This document shows positions 13,185 to 26,963 of a DNA stretch of 64,000 bases, piece after piece (within the stretch, counting starts at the first letter, position 1; every line of letters starts with the position of its first letter). The DNA is from Octopus vulgaris (lineage: Eukaryota): assembly GCA_951406725.2 (NCBI GenBank), contig OX597815.1, positions 85,994,001-86,058,000 on the forward strand. The letters are read 5' to 3'. The notes beneath the pieces were generated by a model. It saw only the letters and a program-made list of their open reading frames with translations, made no database searches and was not told the origin of the DNA. The position numbers and the translations under genes are program-made.

Positions 13185-14380
13185 TATGTTGGAAGTCCTA
13201 GCACATTTCAAATGTTTTTTTTTTGGTTTTAATTGATACATTTTATCAAGATTATATTTCCATTCATTAATGATAACATAATCCCGTCTATTTGTTAAAT
13301 AGTTGACCTATTGTGCGTAAAATCTTTCAGGTTTTTAAGCAAAAAAACGCACAATATCTTGTTTAATCTTTTCACAGTTTTGCATCTAATTAATGAACCA
13401 ATGATCTTAAATGATGACAGTAAATTGGAGCAAGATCAGAAGGGTAAGGAGGATGAAACAAGAATTCCTTAATAGCGCCATAATCTTTTTTTGGGGGTCT
13501 TGGACAACATTTTTCAGCCGTTCAAGACTGACCAATGACGGACGCTTTTCTGTCAATTTTTATGCAAGTCTCACAGTGGATGACAATATTTTTCAACATA
13601 CGCTGTTTTCTTTTGGTTTAAATTTACTTTATGATAAACGATTCCCTTTAAATACTACAAATCACAGAAACTATAACTTTTCTCATGAATAGTCCTGGTC
13701 TAGGGATAGATTCTCCTTTTACATTGGTTGCTAGATTTTGTCCTTTGCGTTGGATATAATTACCGAGAACCCACTTTTCATGACTTGCGATCTCTCAACT
13801 CAGGAAAGATCTGACAGTAAGTCAGCACTTCAATGACGAACAGAGGGCAGCTAGTTGATTAGGTTGAAAAGCAGTCAGCTGATGAAGAACCCACTCACCA
13901 AGTTTCGGCACATTTCCTAGTTCATGAATATTATTCTTATAGATATTTGAATTTAACTATTTTTCTGATTCTCATGCAGATTTTCCTCAACTACGGCTTT
14001 CGGAAAGTCATTATAGACAAAACTTGGTCATCTAGATCGAGAACAAATCTGCGAGAGGAACATTTCCCGAGCGAGACTGGTGAAACTATCTCTGGCATCT
14101 CCGGACACTTAAAGCTATATTTCTACTGTCACAACAATTTCCATTTGAATTTCCTTTTGAATTCATATAGCATGCAGTGACTAATATGGGTCTGATATAA
14201 GTACATTCTAAAAAGGTAAAATCGAATTTTACCACTATTGTATAAAATAGTCTGCAAAGTATTGGCATGATACACTCCCTAGGACTTGTGACCGCTACAT
14301 TACATCATACTTCAAGGGCTATGCATTTGCAATCCAAGAACATAAGATTGCTAAGAAATACCTACACGACAAACAAGACA
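13185..14380 (-). mobile_element. Decayed mariner transposon
   Basis: Minus-strand remnants HISHCMLYEF (~14170), FHQSRSG (~14075) and IASHEKWV..QRK (~13770, TGDEKW-like). Ends are approximate. Confidence 0.65.
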
Positions 14381-15584
14381 GTGAGCTCAAAAATACAGCC
14401 GAAAATGTAGATTATGTGGTATTTCTGAGGAAGTCATTACACGTGATTAGAGGGTGTGCAAAACTGTCACCTCCCTATGTGACACGACATTGTCACAAAA
14501 AAGTATATTTATGCACACACACACACACACACACAGACATACACATACCATACACACCCATATATGCAATGCCATTTAGAAGAAAGACTGTCTTGGAAAT
14601 AAATACAGAAAATCACCTTGTTGCTGAATATACACACACACATTAACACAAGGAATACTGGTGGAACATTCCCATTAAAAAATCTGTCAGGTGTGAACAT
14701 AACAGGCCTGATATTGTTGTTTGGGACAGACATGAGGAAGTATGTACCGTTATAAAAGTCAGCTCTCTTGCTGATGTGAATGTCTTTTTGAAAATCAACG
14801 AGAAGAAGAATAAGTATGCACAGCGACTTAGGAAATCCCAGATTCTATATCTACGCTATAAATTCACATTTATACCAATAATAATTTGTGCACTTGTTTT
14901 TGTGAGCAAATGTTCAAGTGAAAATCTGGATAAAATCTGGTAGAATTTTCAGAAAAAACAACGAACCAATTAACTTGCACATTACAAATACAATCTGGAA
15001 CAGAAAAGAAATATGCAGAACATTTTCTCAAGTTGTTTTCATTATCTATATCCCAAGGATAGCGCTTTATGTCTTTGTTAAAAACCAACTTCTTCCTCAG
15101 AATAAGAATTTAAATAAGCAGAAAAGAACCAATATATAATGCAGGGAAACGCTTACATAACCAAATACCTGCGAACCTGGAAAATTACGTTGCGGGGAAG
15201 CAATTGTAGTGATTACAAATAAATGTTCCTCTCTACTCCTTGTTGACTCAAACTTATTCAATTGTCCATTCACACTCAACGGAAGCCCCAACGCAAATCT
15301 GACAGTAAGTATGATGCTACGGTCGGATATCACTAGTTGAAATCTGAAGGTGGACGGGATTTATACTGTACTCTAGTACGTTCTAAACAAAATATAACTT
15401 AAGTATATATACATACGTATATATGTATGTATAGACACTCACACATACGCATATATATGCATATGCATAACTGTATGTACATATACATACATGCTCACAC
15501 ATACATATTATCTCCTCCTTCTACTTCTCCTTCTCCTGCTACTACTATAATAATCATTTCTACTATAGGCACAAAACCTGAAAT

Positions 15585-15745
15585 TTGGTGGGGAGGGGGG
15601 ATAGTCAATTACATCTACCCCGTAATGAACTGGTACTTATTTTATCGACCCCAAAAGGTGAAAGGCAATTTGAACTCAGAACGTGCAGACGAACGAAATG
15701 CCGCTAAGCATTTATCCCGGTGAGTTAACGATTCTGCCAGCACGA
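15585..15745 (-). mobile_element. Family B SINE, degenerate
   Basis: Plus strand CTGGTACTTATTTTATCGACCCC..AAAGGC..TTTGAACTCAGAACG. Confidence 0.7.
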
Positions 15746-15933
15746 CGTCTCACTACTATTGCTACTGTTAATAATAATACTAATAATAATTTTTCTGACA
15801 ATTTTGTCCTGTTCATATAGTAATTTTATTTATGATAAGCCTATTTTAGGTTGGTCCGTAGATCACATAACACCGGACCTTGAGATAATTTTCCTTTCAG
15901 ACAATTTAAATTGAACAATAACAAAAAATGGTA

Positions 15934-15988
<55 letters not shown>

Positions 15989-18643
15989 TAACTAGCTGCT
16001 GAACCAATTAGTATTTATGAATTCAATAAAAAAAAATAAAGAACATCAGTATTAACTTAATATACTCGGAACATAATATTCCTATCATATTGACAAACAA
16101 TAATCTGTTGAGAAACAGCTTAGCGTTGGTTTGCTTCTGACATAACTAAGAAGAGATAGAAATATTAACGCATACTGCTACGGAAATAACCTCAACTATT
16201 TCAATTAAAATAATCATTTAAAATGTTAAACACTTCATACATACAAGAACCATCGTGACATTGCTGTGAACTCTTTGACAAATATGAATAACAAAGTTTA
16301 ATAAAATGTTTATAAAATGCATGTTTTTAAAATACTATCAAGAAGTTTTAAAAATCTATAAGAATAACAGATTGCATATATAAATTGGTTTCCTTATCAT
16401 ATTTATTTTGTTTCTAAAGTGAAAACTGAAAGCGTTGGGAATATAGTTTTCTGAGTGTTTTAAATAAACGAGCTTAAGAGCATTGATAAAATTTTACAAT
16501 TTAAAATGCGGAAATATAATTTTACTTCTATACTCTCCAATATGAATTAGTGTTTCCAGAATATCTATAAAAATGTAAAAATTGCCGCAATGACATATAT
16601 TTAAAGTTGTTCAATTATCAAGTATATAACTAATTCATGTGTTGCTATTAGAAAATTTCTCCAAAATAACGTTTTAGTTAGATTATAATTAATTCATCTA
16701 TTTTGTATCTAAGTGCATCTTAAAACAAACTCAGACAGCTAATGCAATGCAATTACTTGTAACATTGCTCAAAACTTTCCTTGAATCTAAGTTATTGGGA
16801 AAATGGAAAGATTGGAAAAATAATGTATTATACAAAATCTGTCAATTGGATTGGTATATATTTCGATCAATTTCCATATTGAAAATTGTATGCAATGTGT
16901 ATTGGTCGGAGTGAAGTGAATAAGTTTGGGGCTGGGGGCATAGATAACATCTAAAATACGAAAGGAAAAATTTATAACTTTAAAATTATACAACACACGT
17001 CGACTTTGAAATAGCTTCAAAGAGGACTTCATAACTAAAGAATTGACATACTAAATAATAAATGAATGAAATATTGCTTTGATGTTTTAGAATACTTTAT
17101 AAACTGTTTGTTAGAGTTGTCAATCGATCATCAATATCAACCATTTCTTTGAGGCTTAAATAACCGTATTTCTTGTGTATCCTTTGTATTAAAATTCATG
17201 ACATACGTTGGAAAAATATCAATGATTTCGTTAGCCTTAGACAAAGAGTGCATACCATTGTCTCGAAGAATGGTATATAATATTTACAGGTGCAAATACA
17301 ATTTACAATATCTATCAATTTAAGAACATGTATATGAGTGTACCGTTATAAAACTGGAATAGCGTTTCTAACACGCAGTCGATCTATTTACAGTTCTTAA
17401 TATATTTACTTTATTTCTTTTGATTTTCGAGCAGATTACCGTTCATTCATAGAAAACCAGATATTATCTAATGGACTGAAGAAGAAATAAAAAACAAAAC
17501 AAAACAAAACAAAAAGAGCGAGATAATTTTCGAAATCCTAATATATTGATAAATTTAGTATGTAATCTATAATCACTGCGCTATCTTGACGATCTTTAGT
17601 GCTTCAGTTTCATTTTCTTCTCTCTGTTAGATGAAAAGATATTGCATACAACAATATATTGGACTAAGTGCGTCTCATTTTAAATTTAAATATTACTTAT
17701 CTCCTAAGTAATATCACGAATATTAATAAAAATAAATACCAAAAATACATCTGGATCGATCGAAATTCTTTTCATGAAATTTACTAATGTAAGAAACCAT
17801 TATATTATTGATTTTTATAGAAGTTAAAAGTTGTAGATGATGTGGATAGGCAATTCCATCAATGAAATAAAAAAAATTGCTGGTGGATTAAATTCTCACT
17901 ATGTCAAAATCCCTTTGATTCTCGGCTAGTTTATGTTCTTCAATCAGTTTCGTCTTTTCACTCCCACAAATTCTCGACGTCTCTCTTTTCTTCTGTAGAC
18001 ATACATACATGCATAATGCATTCACACACATACACTCCTCTCATATATATATATGTATGCCAAAAATGAGTTTAAAGGTATATTTAATCCTGGCGATTAC
18101 CGCGTTTCCTCTTAAATCGGTTTCATATGCCGACTAAACATAGCGGTCCTTTAGTGATACCGGTGTTAACAATAAGTTGCTTGACTCTGGTAATTATTCT
18201 CGCTTGGCAAATCCGAGTATCCGAATTCGAGACTGCAATACTAATACTATATATATAAATTGAATAAGTATCACTAACATTATTTAAAATGATGTTAATA
18301 ATAAAGTGGCTAGCAAGTTTAGACATTTGTAGGGCTATTATAAATAAAATACACAAGGGAATTGAAATACCACTTGCGATGAACAGAGCTGTCGCTCTAA
18401 ACCACAATCTACTCACTATGAAAATACACACGGTGGATGATATAAACATAACAGAAACAGGCTTACCTTGCGTGGAATACATAAGTAAGGATGTGTATAT
18501 TCCAGGACCTATACATTTCGTTTTGTTTATCTTAAGATAATCAGCTGGACCCGACACATTATACGCTATTACTAAAATATTCATTACATTACACGGTGAG
18601 CGAGAACTCTGTACAGGTCAAGTGGTATTTTGATACCCTTCTG

Positions 18644-18692
<49 letters not shown>

Positions 18693-18724
18693 GTATGTAT
18701 ATCTGTATGTATGTTGTATATATG

Positions 18725-19350
18725 ATATTTTCTTTTATTTGTTTCAGTCATTAGATTGAGGCCATGCTGGGGCACCTGCCTTAAAGAATTTTAGTCGAAT
18801 GAATCGACCTCAGTAATTATTTTTAAAAAGCCTTATGCTATCAGTTTCATTTGCCGAACCGCTTATGTACAGAGACGTAAACACACCAAGCGGTGGCAGG
18901 GTACAAACAGACACAAAGAAAATTACATATATACAACGTTCTTCTTTAAGTTTTCGTCTACCAAATACGTTTACAAGGCTTTGGTCATTCCGATGCTGTA
19001 GAACAGTCGTACCCAAACTTTTTCAGGCTAACACCCACCTGTTTCTAGGGCTACATTGTTAGTGTCCCCCCACTCAATATCACAGACATAGATTATTTTC
19101 TGCAGCGAATTCAAAACAACAGTATTTCACAAATAAATCTTAACCTATTTAAATCTTTTGTTTTGTTTGTTTCTTTTACAACCATTGCCCCATTTTGGTC
19201 ACACCATTATCGCCCTAATTTTCTTCAATGCCCCCTTGGATCTTACCACCGCCGCCAGGAGGAGGCGGTACTGCCCACCTTGGGAACTGCCGCTGTAGAA
19301 GAAGATACTTGGCCAAGCACCACGCAGTGAGACTGCACTCGGAACCACAC
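18725..19350 (-). mobile_element. Family A SINE split by a hAT MITE
   Basis: Tail TTGTTTCAGTCATT..GCCATGCTGG, and head remnant ATACTTGGCCAAG..CACGCAGTG.GACTG after 19300. Confidence 0.75.
19004..19292. mobile_element. hAT/Charlie-like MITE inserted into a SINE
   Basis: 8-bp TSD CTGTAGAA at 18996-19003 and 19293-19300. Imperfect TIRs CAGTCGTACCCAA / TTGGGAACTGCCG. The SINE resumes on both sides. Confidence 0.75.
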
Positions 19351-20158
19351 AAACACATATCTGAATACATATATGTGTGTGTTTGTGTGTGTGCATGAGT
19401 TTGTGTGTATATGTGCTTGTGTATATTTTGTGTATATATGTGTGTTTATGTGTATGCATATATATATATATATATTATTTATATTATTACTTGATTGAAC
19501 GCCACCCATCTATTTCCAAGTAAGTTTATCTTTGTCTTTTGATGTGACTCTACACAATACTATTTTGTAGCCCCTCGTTTTCTCTCTCTCATTCTTTTCT
19601 CTAATTCCCTTTTTCTCTCTTTCACCGTTTTCTATCTCTCTCTCCCCCTGTTTGTCCTTTTCTCTCTCTCGTTGCTCATACGTGACCATCGTCCACATTT
19701 TTTCCTCACGTGATCATCTTTCTTTTCATTCAGGACTTTCTTAAGGACTGGAGTATCCTATCTCTCTCTTCTATCTTTTCGCATGTCAAAGAAAATATTT
19801 CTCCAGTGTTCACTATTTTACCCTCGTTCTGGTCTAACGACCTTCCATGTTTGTTTTCGTTCGGTTTCCTAGTATGTCTCCACTGTACTGTTTTTGTTCC
19901 CAACTTTGATCCTCCATAAATTCCAATTTTTTTTGGCACTTATGGAAGCAACTGTCTTCGAAGACTCATATTGTCGTTGAATGCTCGAAACGAGGAGTAG
20001 AGAGGCAGCCGACAACTGATGAAGTGTCGTTCTTTGTGTTACTTGTCCTGGATTTCATTTATTTCTCTCATTGTTTGCGTCTGAACTCATTTGTATTCGT
20101 ATTTCATGTTGTTTACTGTTAACGATGTCATGTAGTCATAAGTGCATGTGTGTGTATA

Positions 20159-20220
<62 letters not shown>

Positions 20221-20223
<3 letters not shown>

Positions 20224-20396
20224 TGTCAACTTAACGTGGCAGTCCTGTAAGGGAATTACACCACCGCTGTTTAGCCCTGAATCACAAACGACAAAAGAGG
20301 TGTTCCTATATAATTTTACATGAAGGTATCGACAGAGAGCTGAACTGGATCAAAGTGATACCGTGTAAACGGACAAATCTATCTATCTATCTATCT
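20221..20396 (+). repeat. Dispersed duplicate of 25570-25830, lacking ~90 bp
   Basis: TACTGTCAACTTAACGTG.CAGTCCTGTAAGGGAATTA..CTGAATCACAAACGACAAAAGAGG..ACGGACAAATCT(ATCT)n is shared. Confidence 0.85.
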
Positions 20397-20588
20397 AAAA
20401 AAAATATAGTTGAAATTTTATAGAAAAACAAAAGACGAAGATAGGTGTATAAAAAAACAAGCAGGTGTATCAGTTTGATGCTCGGGAGGGTGAGAAAATC
20501 TTTTATGTTTCGAGCCTACGTTCTTCAACTCAAAGGAACACGAGGAAATAAACAGGGAAGGATTAAATAATATATATATTTGTATGGG

Positions 20589-20644
<56 letters not shown>

Positions 20645-20649
<5 letters not shown>

Positions 20650-20862
20650 TGAGTTTGTGTTTTGTTTGTCTGCGCCAACTCTTGACAGCCGCTGTTAGTT
20701 TGTTTACGTCGCTGTGACTAATTGGTTTGGCAAAAGACATTCTTAGACTAAGTTACCAAGCTTAAAGGAGACGTAGTGGGGGAGATTTGTGCGACAAAGA
20801 CATTCAAGGCGATTCTCCTGCATGGCTGCAGTCCAATGACAGAAAAAATAAAAGATAAAGAA
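20645..20862 (+). mobile_element. Family A SINE, 3' half
   Basis: TTGACAGCCG..TTTACGTC..GGCAAAAGA..CATGGCTGCAGTCCAATGAC. Confidence 0.65.
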
Positions 20863-21196
20863 TTATATTTAATCACTTGAAAATGGAAAGGGGCCAAGTG
20901 AAACTGTGAAACAGTTTTATTTAGATGAATTATCTATTAGAAGAAAAAACCAAGAGAGGCAAGAAAAATAGCTACAAATTTAATAACATTAAAACGCCTA
21001 TGATACATAAGCAGTGACGTTATCAAGGGATTGGAAAAATGCACGATAATCATATCTGTAAGCCCCATTTCTATAAATAAATTCTTTAAATTTTGTTTGC
21101 ACTATTTTATTATTAATATCATTAAACGCGTTTTGCAAGATTTCACTTTCCACGGTGACTCTCGGAATCAATCAACCGTGTATACCGAGAAACCAC

Positions 21197-21267
<71 letters not shown>

Positions 21268-21611
21268 ATATGTATATGTGTGTATATATATATTTATATA
21301 TATATACATATATAAATAAATATCCTATAAATATAATTTTATGTAGAGTAATTCACTTAAAAATGTTAATGTAAATTTTTATGTATTTTTATCAATTAAT
21401 GCTGTACGTTCTTAATAATACCTCTGTTAAAGTGTTTCGGAAGACTTTATATACGTATGTGTGTATGGGTGTATATATATATGTGTGTGTATGTTTACAT
21501 CTGTGTTTGTATATAGATAAATAGATATAGATATGTATGATTATATAGATATATGTGTAGGTTTCTATATCTATCTTTTTATCTGTGGGTGTGTGTTTGT
21601 GCATATGTTTG

Positions 21612-22496
21612 TGCGATGTGGTACAAAACGTTCCCAGACTAGTTCTGTAGCGCGTCAACAGATGTCAATTCACGGTTGCGTGCGCAGTGAGAGCTAGCAG
21701 TGACCTTCATAAGATAGTGTGTCGAGTGACATTGCTGTGTGTACTTCGCAAGTTGTGAAACTTGTGTTGTGTGATCATGTGTACGCTATATTCTGCGATT
21801 TTTATCATGGACAGGAAGTTAAAACAAAGAGCTTATGTGAAATTTTGCGTTAAACTTGGGAAGTCTGCTACAGACACATTGAGCATGCTTAGGAAAGTTT
21901 ACGGCGATGACGCAATGTGTTTGTACGCAATGTTTCGAGTGGCACGGGCGCTTCAAAAACGGAAGAACGTCCCTGGGAGATGATGAGAGATCTAGAAGAC
22001 TTGCCACGAACGGCACCCCCGGAAATGTATAGAAAGTCCATCACTTTGTGCATGAGGATCGTCGGAAAACAATCAACGACCTCTTAAAGCGTTCGACGGA
22101 GGACATTCGCTGACAGTGACCAGATCTGTGGAGCGTGAAGAACTGCATTCTTCGCGACGACAACGCCCCCTGTCACTGAATTCTTCTCACATGCGAGTTT
22201 CTCGCCAAAAATAACATGGTGTCGCTTCTGCACCCTTCTATCTCTTCCGCTAAGATGAAATGTAGCTCAAAGGCCACCGTTGTCGAGATGAAGAACGAAT
22301 CGCAGCCGGTCCTCGACGGGCTTACGTAAAAATGACTTTCAAGGCTGGATTCCAAATTTGACAGGAGCGCTTGCATTGATGTATTGCTGCACAAGGTGAA
22401 TATTTCAAAGGAGATGATGTTAAAACTTAGGTAAATAAGTTATTTTAATAAAAAAAGAAAAACATAACTAGTCCGGAAATTTTTTGATGCCGCCTC

Positions 22497-22499
<3 letters not shown>
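21612..22499 (+). mobile_element. Internally deleted mariner (Tc1/mariner) element with TIRs
   Basis: MDRKLKQRAYVKFCVKLGKSATDTLSML..VYGDDAM HTH region and DDNAPCH remnant. ~33-bp imperfect TIRs at 21612-21644 and 22466-22499, with TA at the right end. Confidence 0.85.
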
Positions 22500-22536
<37 letters not shown>

Positions 22537-23141
22537 ACGGTCTTGCATATTTCAGAAAAAATGTCATTAAAAATTTGAGAACATTCATTGCCCTAAATGT
22601 GGTATAGCTAACGATAATCTTGTTCACTTGTCCAGGAACGAGTAGTTCAATTATATGTTATGGTACCCTCGGCAGAATAGCAAGCCACGACAGTCAACAG
22701 ATCTTTATTTTCTAAATCTGCCGGTCAAAAGGTAAAGATACCTGTCAACGAAAAAAGGGGGTCAATGGGACTAAATGAATATGGTGTAGAGGTGTAGAAT
22801 TTTGAGACATTTGATACAGAGAAAAGAAGACGAAACACTTCTAATCTACTGATGTTCTGAATTTTCTGTAATTTCCACATTAACCTGTATCAGACACAGC
22901 TACGATCCTGAGAACATGACCATCTTGTCTTTTATGATAATGAATGTAGGTCTTCAATGCTCATTATCATAAAAGACGAAATTGTTTGATTTAAGATAGG
23001 GTTAGCTGCTATATGTAGCCAATTGGCAGAATACATACGACTGCTTGGTTGATTTGCGATGTTTAAGTCGTTTTGATTTATGTTACCATTCTTTTATTTT
23101 GAAGCCAGACGTTTCCTTTAAAATAAAAATTATTAATATCC

Positions 23142-23215
<74 letters not shown>

Positions 23216-24130
23216 GAATGGTATTGAATGCGTGTGGATTTAATTACTTGGGGGGTTTAATGTTTCTATCCTATAATCCAATTGAGAATCTTGTTCAGAC
23301 ACCACAAGCTAAATATCATGAGAGTGACACAATTTAAAGAGGTTGAGGTCAAGTGTGGTTCTGGCTTCGTACTAATGTATATACAGCCATTTTGACGTTT
23401 CACTTGACTTACTATGGCAAATCAAATAAGTCTCAGTTGTCATTTAAAGAAGAACTAAAAAGGAAAAAAAAATCGATTCAAAGAATGTATATTGAATTTG
23501 CTTATAAAATAGATAATGTTGAAGTAATGGTCAATAGCTGCAAGGAAATGAAATTAAAAACTTGTGAATTTAAATAGAATCTTTGTGATGTTTGATTCAG
23601 AACAAAATCTGAAACATTAGATACCATGAATTCTGAATTAGTCAAAGTATCTAAATATATAACTTGGCCGGAAATATTGGAATAATATATAAAATTATAT
23701 AATGCAGTCACTAGTTTATAGAACAATCAAAAAGATTTGGTGAAAATCAATGTTTAAGCCGAAATTAAATAACACAGTATTACGAACTAAATTAAAGTTA
23801 AGTATTAGATCAACGTATGCTATTGAATTGAGTTCAACAATTTCCTGCACAAACATATCTGCATACATATATACATGCATAAATACATACATAAATACGT
23901 ACACACACACAAACATACTCACACACATACAGGCTGACAGATGAATCATATATATATATATAATCATATCAAAGGGAAATGGAATTCAATAGAAATTTTC
24001 ACTTCCAGTGTAAAAATTTAGTCCAAAAGACTATGTATTAGTCATAAAATACAGTGTACATTTAAACACAAAGGAATCCACTTGTGGGATTCAACACGCT
24101 AGAAAGAATTATATATATATATATATATAT

Positions 24131-24821
24131 ACTTTGATACTTTGATAGGTTTCGGCCATTATTGGCCCAGGCCATGTCTAACTTAATAGCACCACCTGGT
24201 GAAGTCTTTCAAGTCAGAATTTGGGCACTATGGCCCACTCAAGTAGAGAGTTATTGTTTACAGAGACATATCCGGGTGTAGGGGGTTTATCCGGGATTTC
24301 TTGAAGGAATCTGTCCAAAGACTTCTTGAACCCTATAGGGTCAGTTTCTGTTTTAATGTGTTTTGGTGTAATGTTAAAGAGAGCGGGGCCAATTGAGGTG
24401 AAATAGTTGTGCCGTATTGTTGTTATGAGATGAGAGTGCGATTTTTGTTTTGGGCGGATGGCACGGGGCCCAAGCCTTGGATGTACCTTAAAGGTGATGC
24501 CAACATCATTTGGGCAATGCTGATGGAATATTTTCCACATCATGCAGATGATGTAGCGCTCACGACGACGTTGGAGAGAATAAAGTTTTAGCTTTTCTAG
24601 TCGACCCCAATAGTCGAGGCCTGTCATGCCATCTATCGTTTTTGTGATTGCCCTTTGAGGTGCTTCAACTTTTATGATACTTTGTATTGTGTGGGGAGAC
24701 CACAGTGGACAACAGTATTCAAGGTGGGGTCGGGCAAAAGTGGAGAAGAGAAGGATAATGGTGTGGATATCTCTCGACTGGAAAGTTCTGAGAATCCAGG
24801 AACACATTCTGCGGGCCATGT

Positions 24822-24823
<2 letters not shown>
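24131..24823 (-). mobile_element. 5'-truncated CR1/L2-group LINE (ORF2 C-terminus plus 3' tail)
   Basis: WILRTFQSRD..ARPHLEYCCPLWSPH..QRAITK..LDYWGRLEKLKLYSLQRRRERY, open to the stop at 24214. Short (TATCAAAG)2 tail. Inserted in (TA)n. Confidence 0.9.
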
Positions 24824-24858
<35 letters not shown>

Positions 24859-24860
<2 letters not shown>

Positions 24861-25193
24861 CGCATGTCTCAGTGGTTAGAGCGTCGAGCTTACGATCGTG
24901 AGGTTGTGAGCTCGAATCCCGGACCGGGCTGCGTGTTGTGTTCTTGAGCAAGGCACTTTATTTCACGTTGCTCCAGTTCACTCAGCTGTAGAAATGAGTT
25001 GCGACGTTACTGGTGCTAAGCTGTATCGACCTTTGTCCTTCCCTTGGATAACACTGGTGGCGTGGAGAGGGGAGGCTGGTATGCATGGGCGACTGCTGGT
25101 CTTCCATAAACAAACTTGCCCGGACTTGTGTCTAGGAGGGTAACTTTCTGGGTGCAATCCCATGGTCATTCATGACCGAAGGAGGTCTTTACC

Positions 25194-25197
<4 letters not shown>
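24859..25197 (+). mobile_element. Full-length tRNA-derived CORE-type SINE
   Basis: A box CTCAGTGGTTAGAGC, B box GCTCGAATCCC, and CORE-like TGTGTTCTTGAGCAAGGCACTT...CTCAGCTGTAGAAATGAG. Confidence 0.85.
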
Positions 25198-25262
<65 letters not shown>

Positions 25263-25454
25263 GAATATAATTAAGATTCAGTTGAATTAGGTATTTTAAT
25301 TGAGGCACCTTGCTAGTTCGGTATAATCCGCTCACCAAAACAATATTAATTGAACATTGAATATCATGACTCCGTGCAGGGGTGTTTGTACCTGATATTC
25401 CTGTCGTGTGTGCAGACAACGTAATGAATTGACACCTCTACTTCTATGTTACTC

Positions 25455-25526
<72 letters not shown>

Positions 25527-25569
25527 AATATTCAATTTCTAAATATCTCATAGAGATAGAGTGGTTGTA

Positions 25570-25809
25570 TACTGTCAACTTAACGTGACAGTCCTGTAAG
25601 GGAATTATACCTCCGCTGTTTAGCCCTAGGAAGCATCACAGTTTTGTGATTTACTTCACAATCGAAGAAACAAAATGAGACTATACTGTAAAGAAAAAGG
25701 AAAGGAAATCTGAATCACAAACGACAAAAGAGGTGTTCCTATATAATTTTACATGAAAGTATCGACAGAGAGCTGGACTTGATCAAAGTGATACTGTGTA
25801 AACGGACAA

Positions 25810-25830
<21 letters not shown>
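25570..25830 (+). repeat. Longer copy of the 20221-20396 duplicate
   Basis: Same shared sequence as 20221-20396, with an extra segment at ~25629-25709. Confidence 0.85.
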
Positions 25831-25891
<61 letters not shown>

Positions 25892-25930
25892 GTATGTGTG
25901 TACATACATACATGCATACATACATACATA

Positions 25931-25977
<47 letters not shown>

Positions 25978-26076
25978 CCGAACTAACGTGGCAGTTCAGA
26001 GAAATATGACGAATGCTGCCGTTGATTAGCTCCGAAAAGCTAGCTATATTACGCACAAATCTGCGTCCGTAAACCT

Positions 26077-26119
26077 TCGAACAGACCGGTTTCGGGTTAG
26101 TTGCCCTTATCAATGTCGA
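26077..26119 (-). ncRNA. Minimal type I hammerhead ribozyme, U3-A8 covariant core
   Basis: Minus strand TCGACA-TTGATAA-GGG caactaa CCC-GAAA-CCGG-TC-TGTTCGA. Stem III is the palindrome ACCGGT. Confidence 0.7.
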
Positions 26120-26559
26120 GCAGCTGAAACCAGCAGGAGTCGCTGTTGACCTCTGTGCGAAGGTTTTATTTATATATATTCAGTGAAACACAATAACTGG
26201 ATTAGAAATTATAAATATATATACATGTTTTGTGTAATTTATTGTGTGCAAAAATTAGTATAATGAGTTCGAAGTCAACAGTGAGACACATTTTCGATTT
26301 CTTGCATGGTTAAGGCACACGGTGAACTTTGTGACATGTTTGTTGTTTTAGAAATAGTTCGTTAACTGTTTGAGCTTACATCGCGTGCTTTCCATTGATA
26401 CTATGTGTGAAAATTCTGAAGTGATACACGAACTGCAATGATGTCTTTCCAATTTTTACTTGTATATGTTGAATATAATCTGTATATTTTAGTCGTAACT
26501 CCGCCACCCCAAGTTATCATGATGTGTGACAGTTTTCATTGGTAATAATTTATTTGGAA

Positions 26560-26657
26560 GTAGGAGTGTCTGTGTGATAAGTAGCTCGTTTACCAACCAC
26601 ATGGTTCCGGGTTTAGTCCCACTGTGTGGCACCTTCGGGCTGACCGAAGCCTTGCGA

Positions 26658-26703
<46 letters not shown>

Positions 26704-26963
26704 GTAAACAAGCTACTTACCACACAGCCACATATATATGTATGTGTGTCTATACGTTTGTGTGTCTGTGTTTGTCCCCCCCAAAATCGCTTGACTACCG
26801 ATGCTGGTGAGTTTAAGTCCCCGTAACTTAGTGGTTTCGGCAAAAGAAACCGACAGAATAAGTACTAGGCTTACAAAGAATAAGTCCTGGGATCGATTTG
26901 CTAGACTAAAGGCGGTGCTCCGGCATGGCCACAGTCAAATGACTGAAACAAGTAAAAGAGTAA
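26560..26963 (+). mobile_element. Family A SINE, rearranged
   Basis: Head and tail motifs as in 9355-10215. A short inverted head piece lies at ~26700-26730. Confidence 0.8.

Noticed and set aside
15097-15360. Helitron Pif1 helicase C-terminal relic (VRFA..NGQL)
   Set aside because: Similarity too weak to call without a profile search.
24859-24930. tRNA gene
   Set aside because: The A/B boxes continue into a CORE-like domain and tail, so this is a SINE head.
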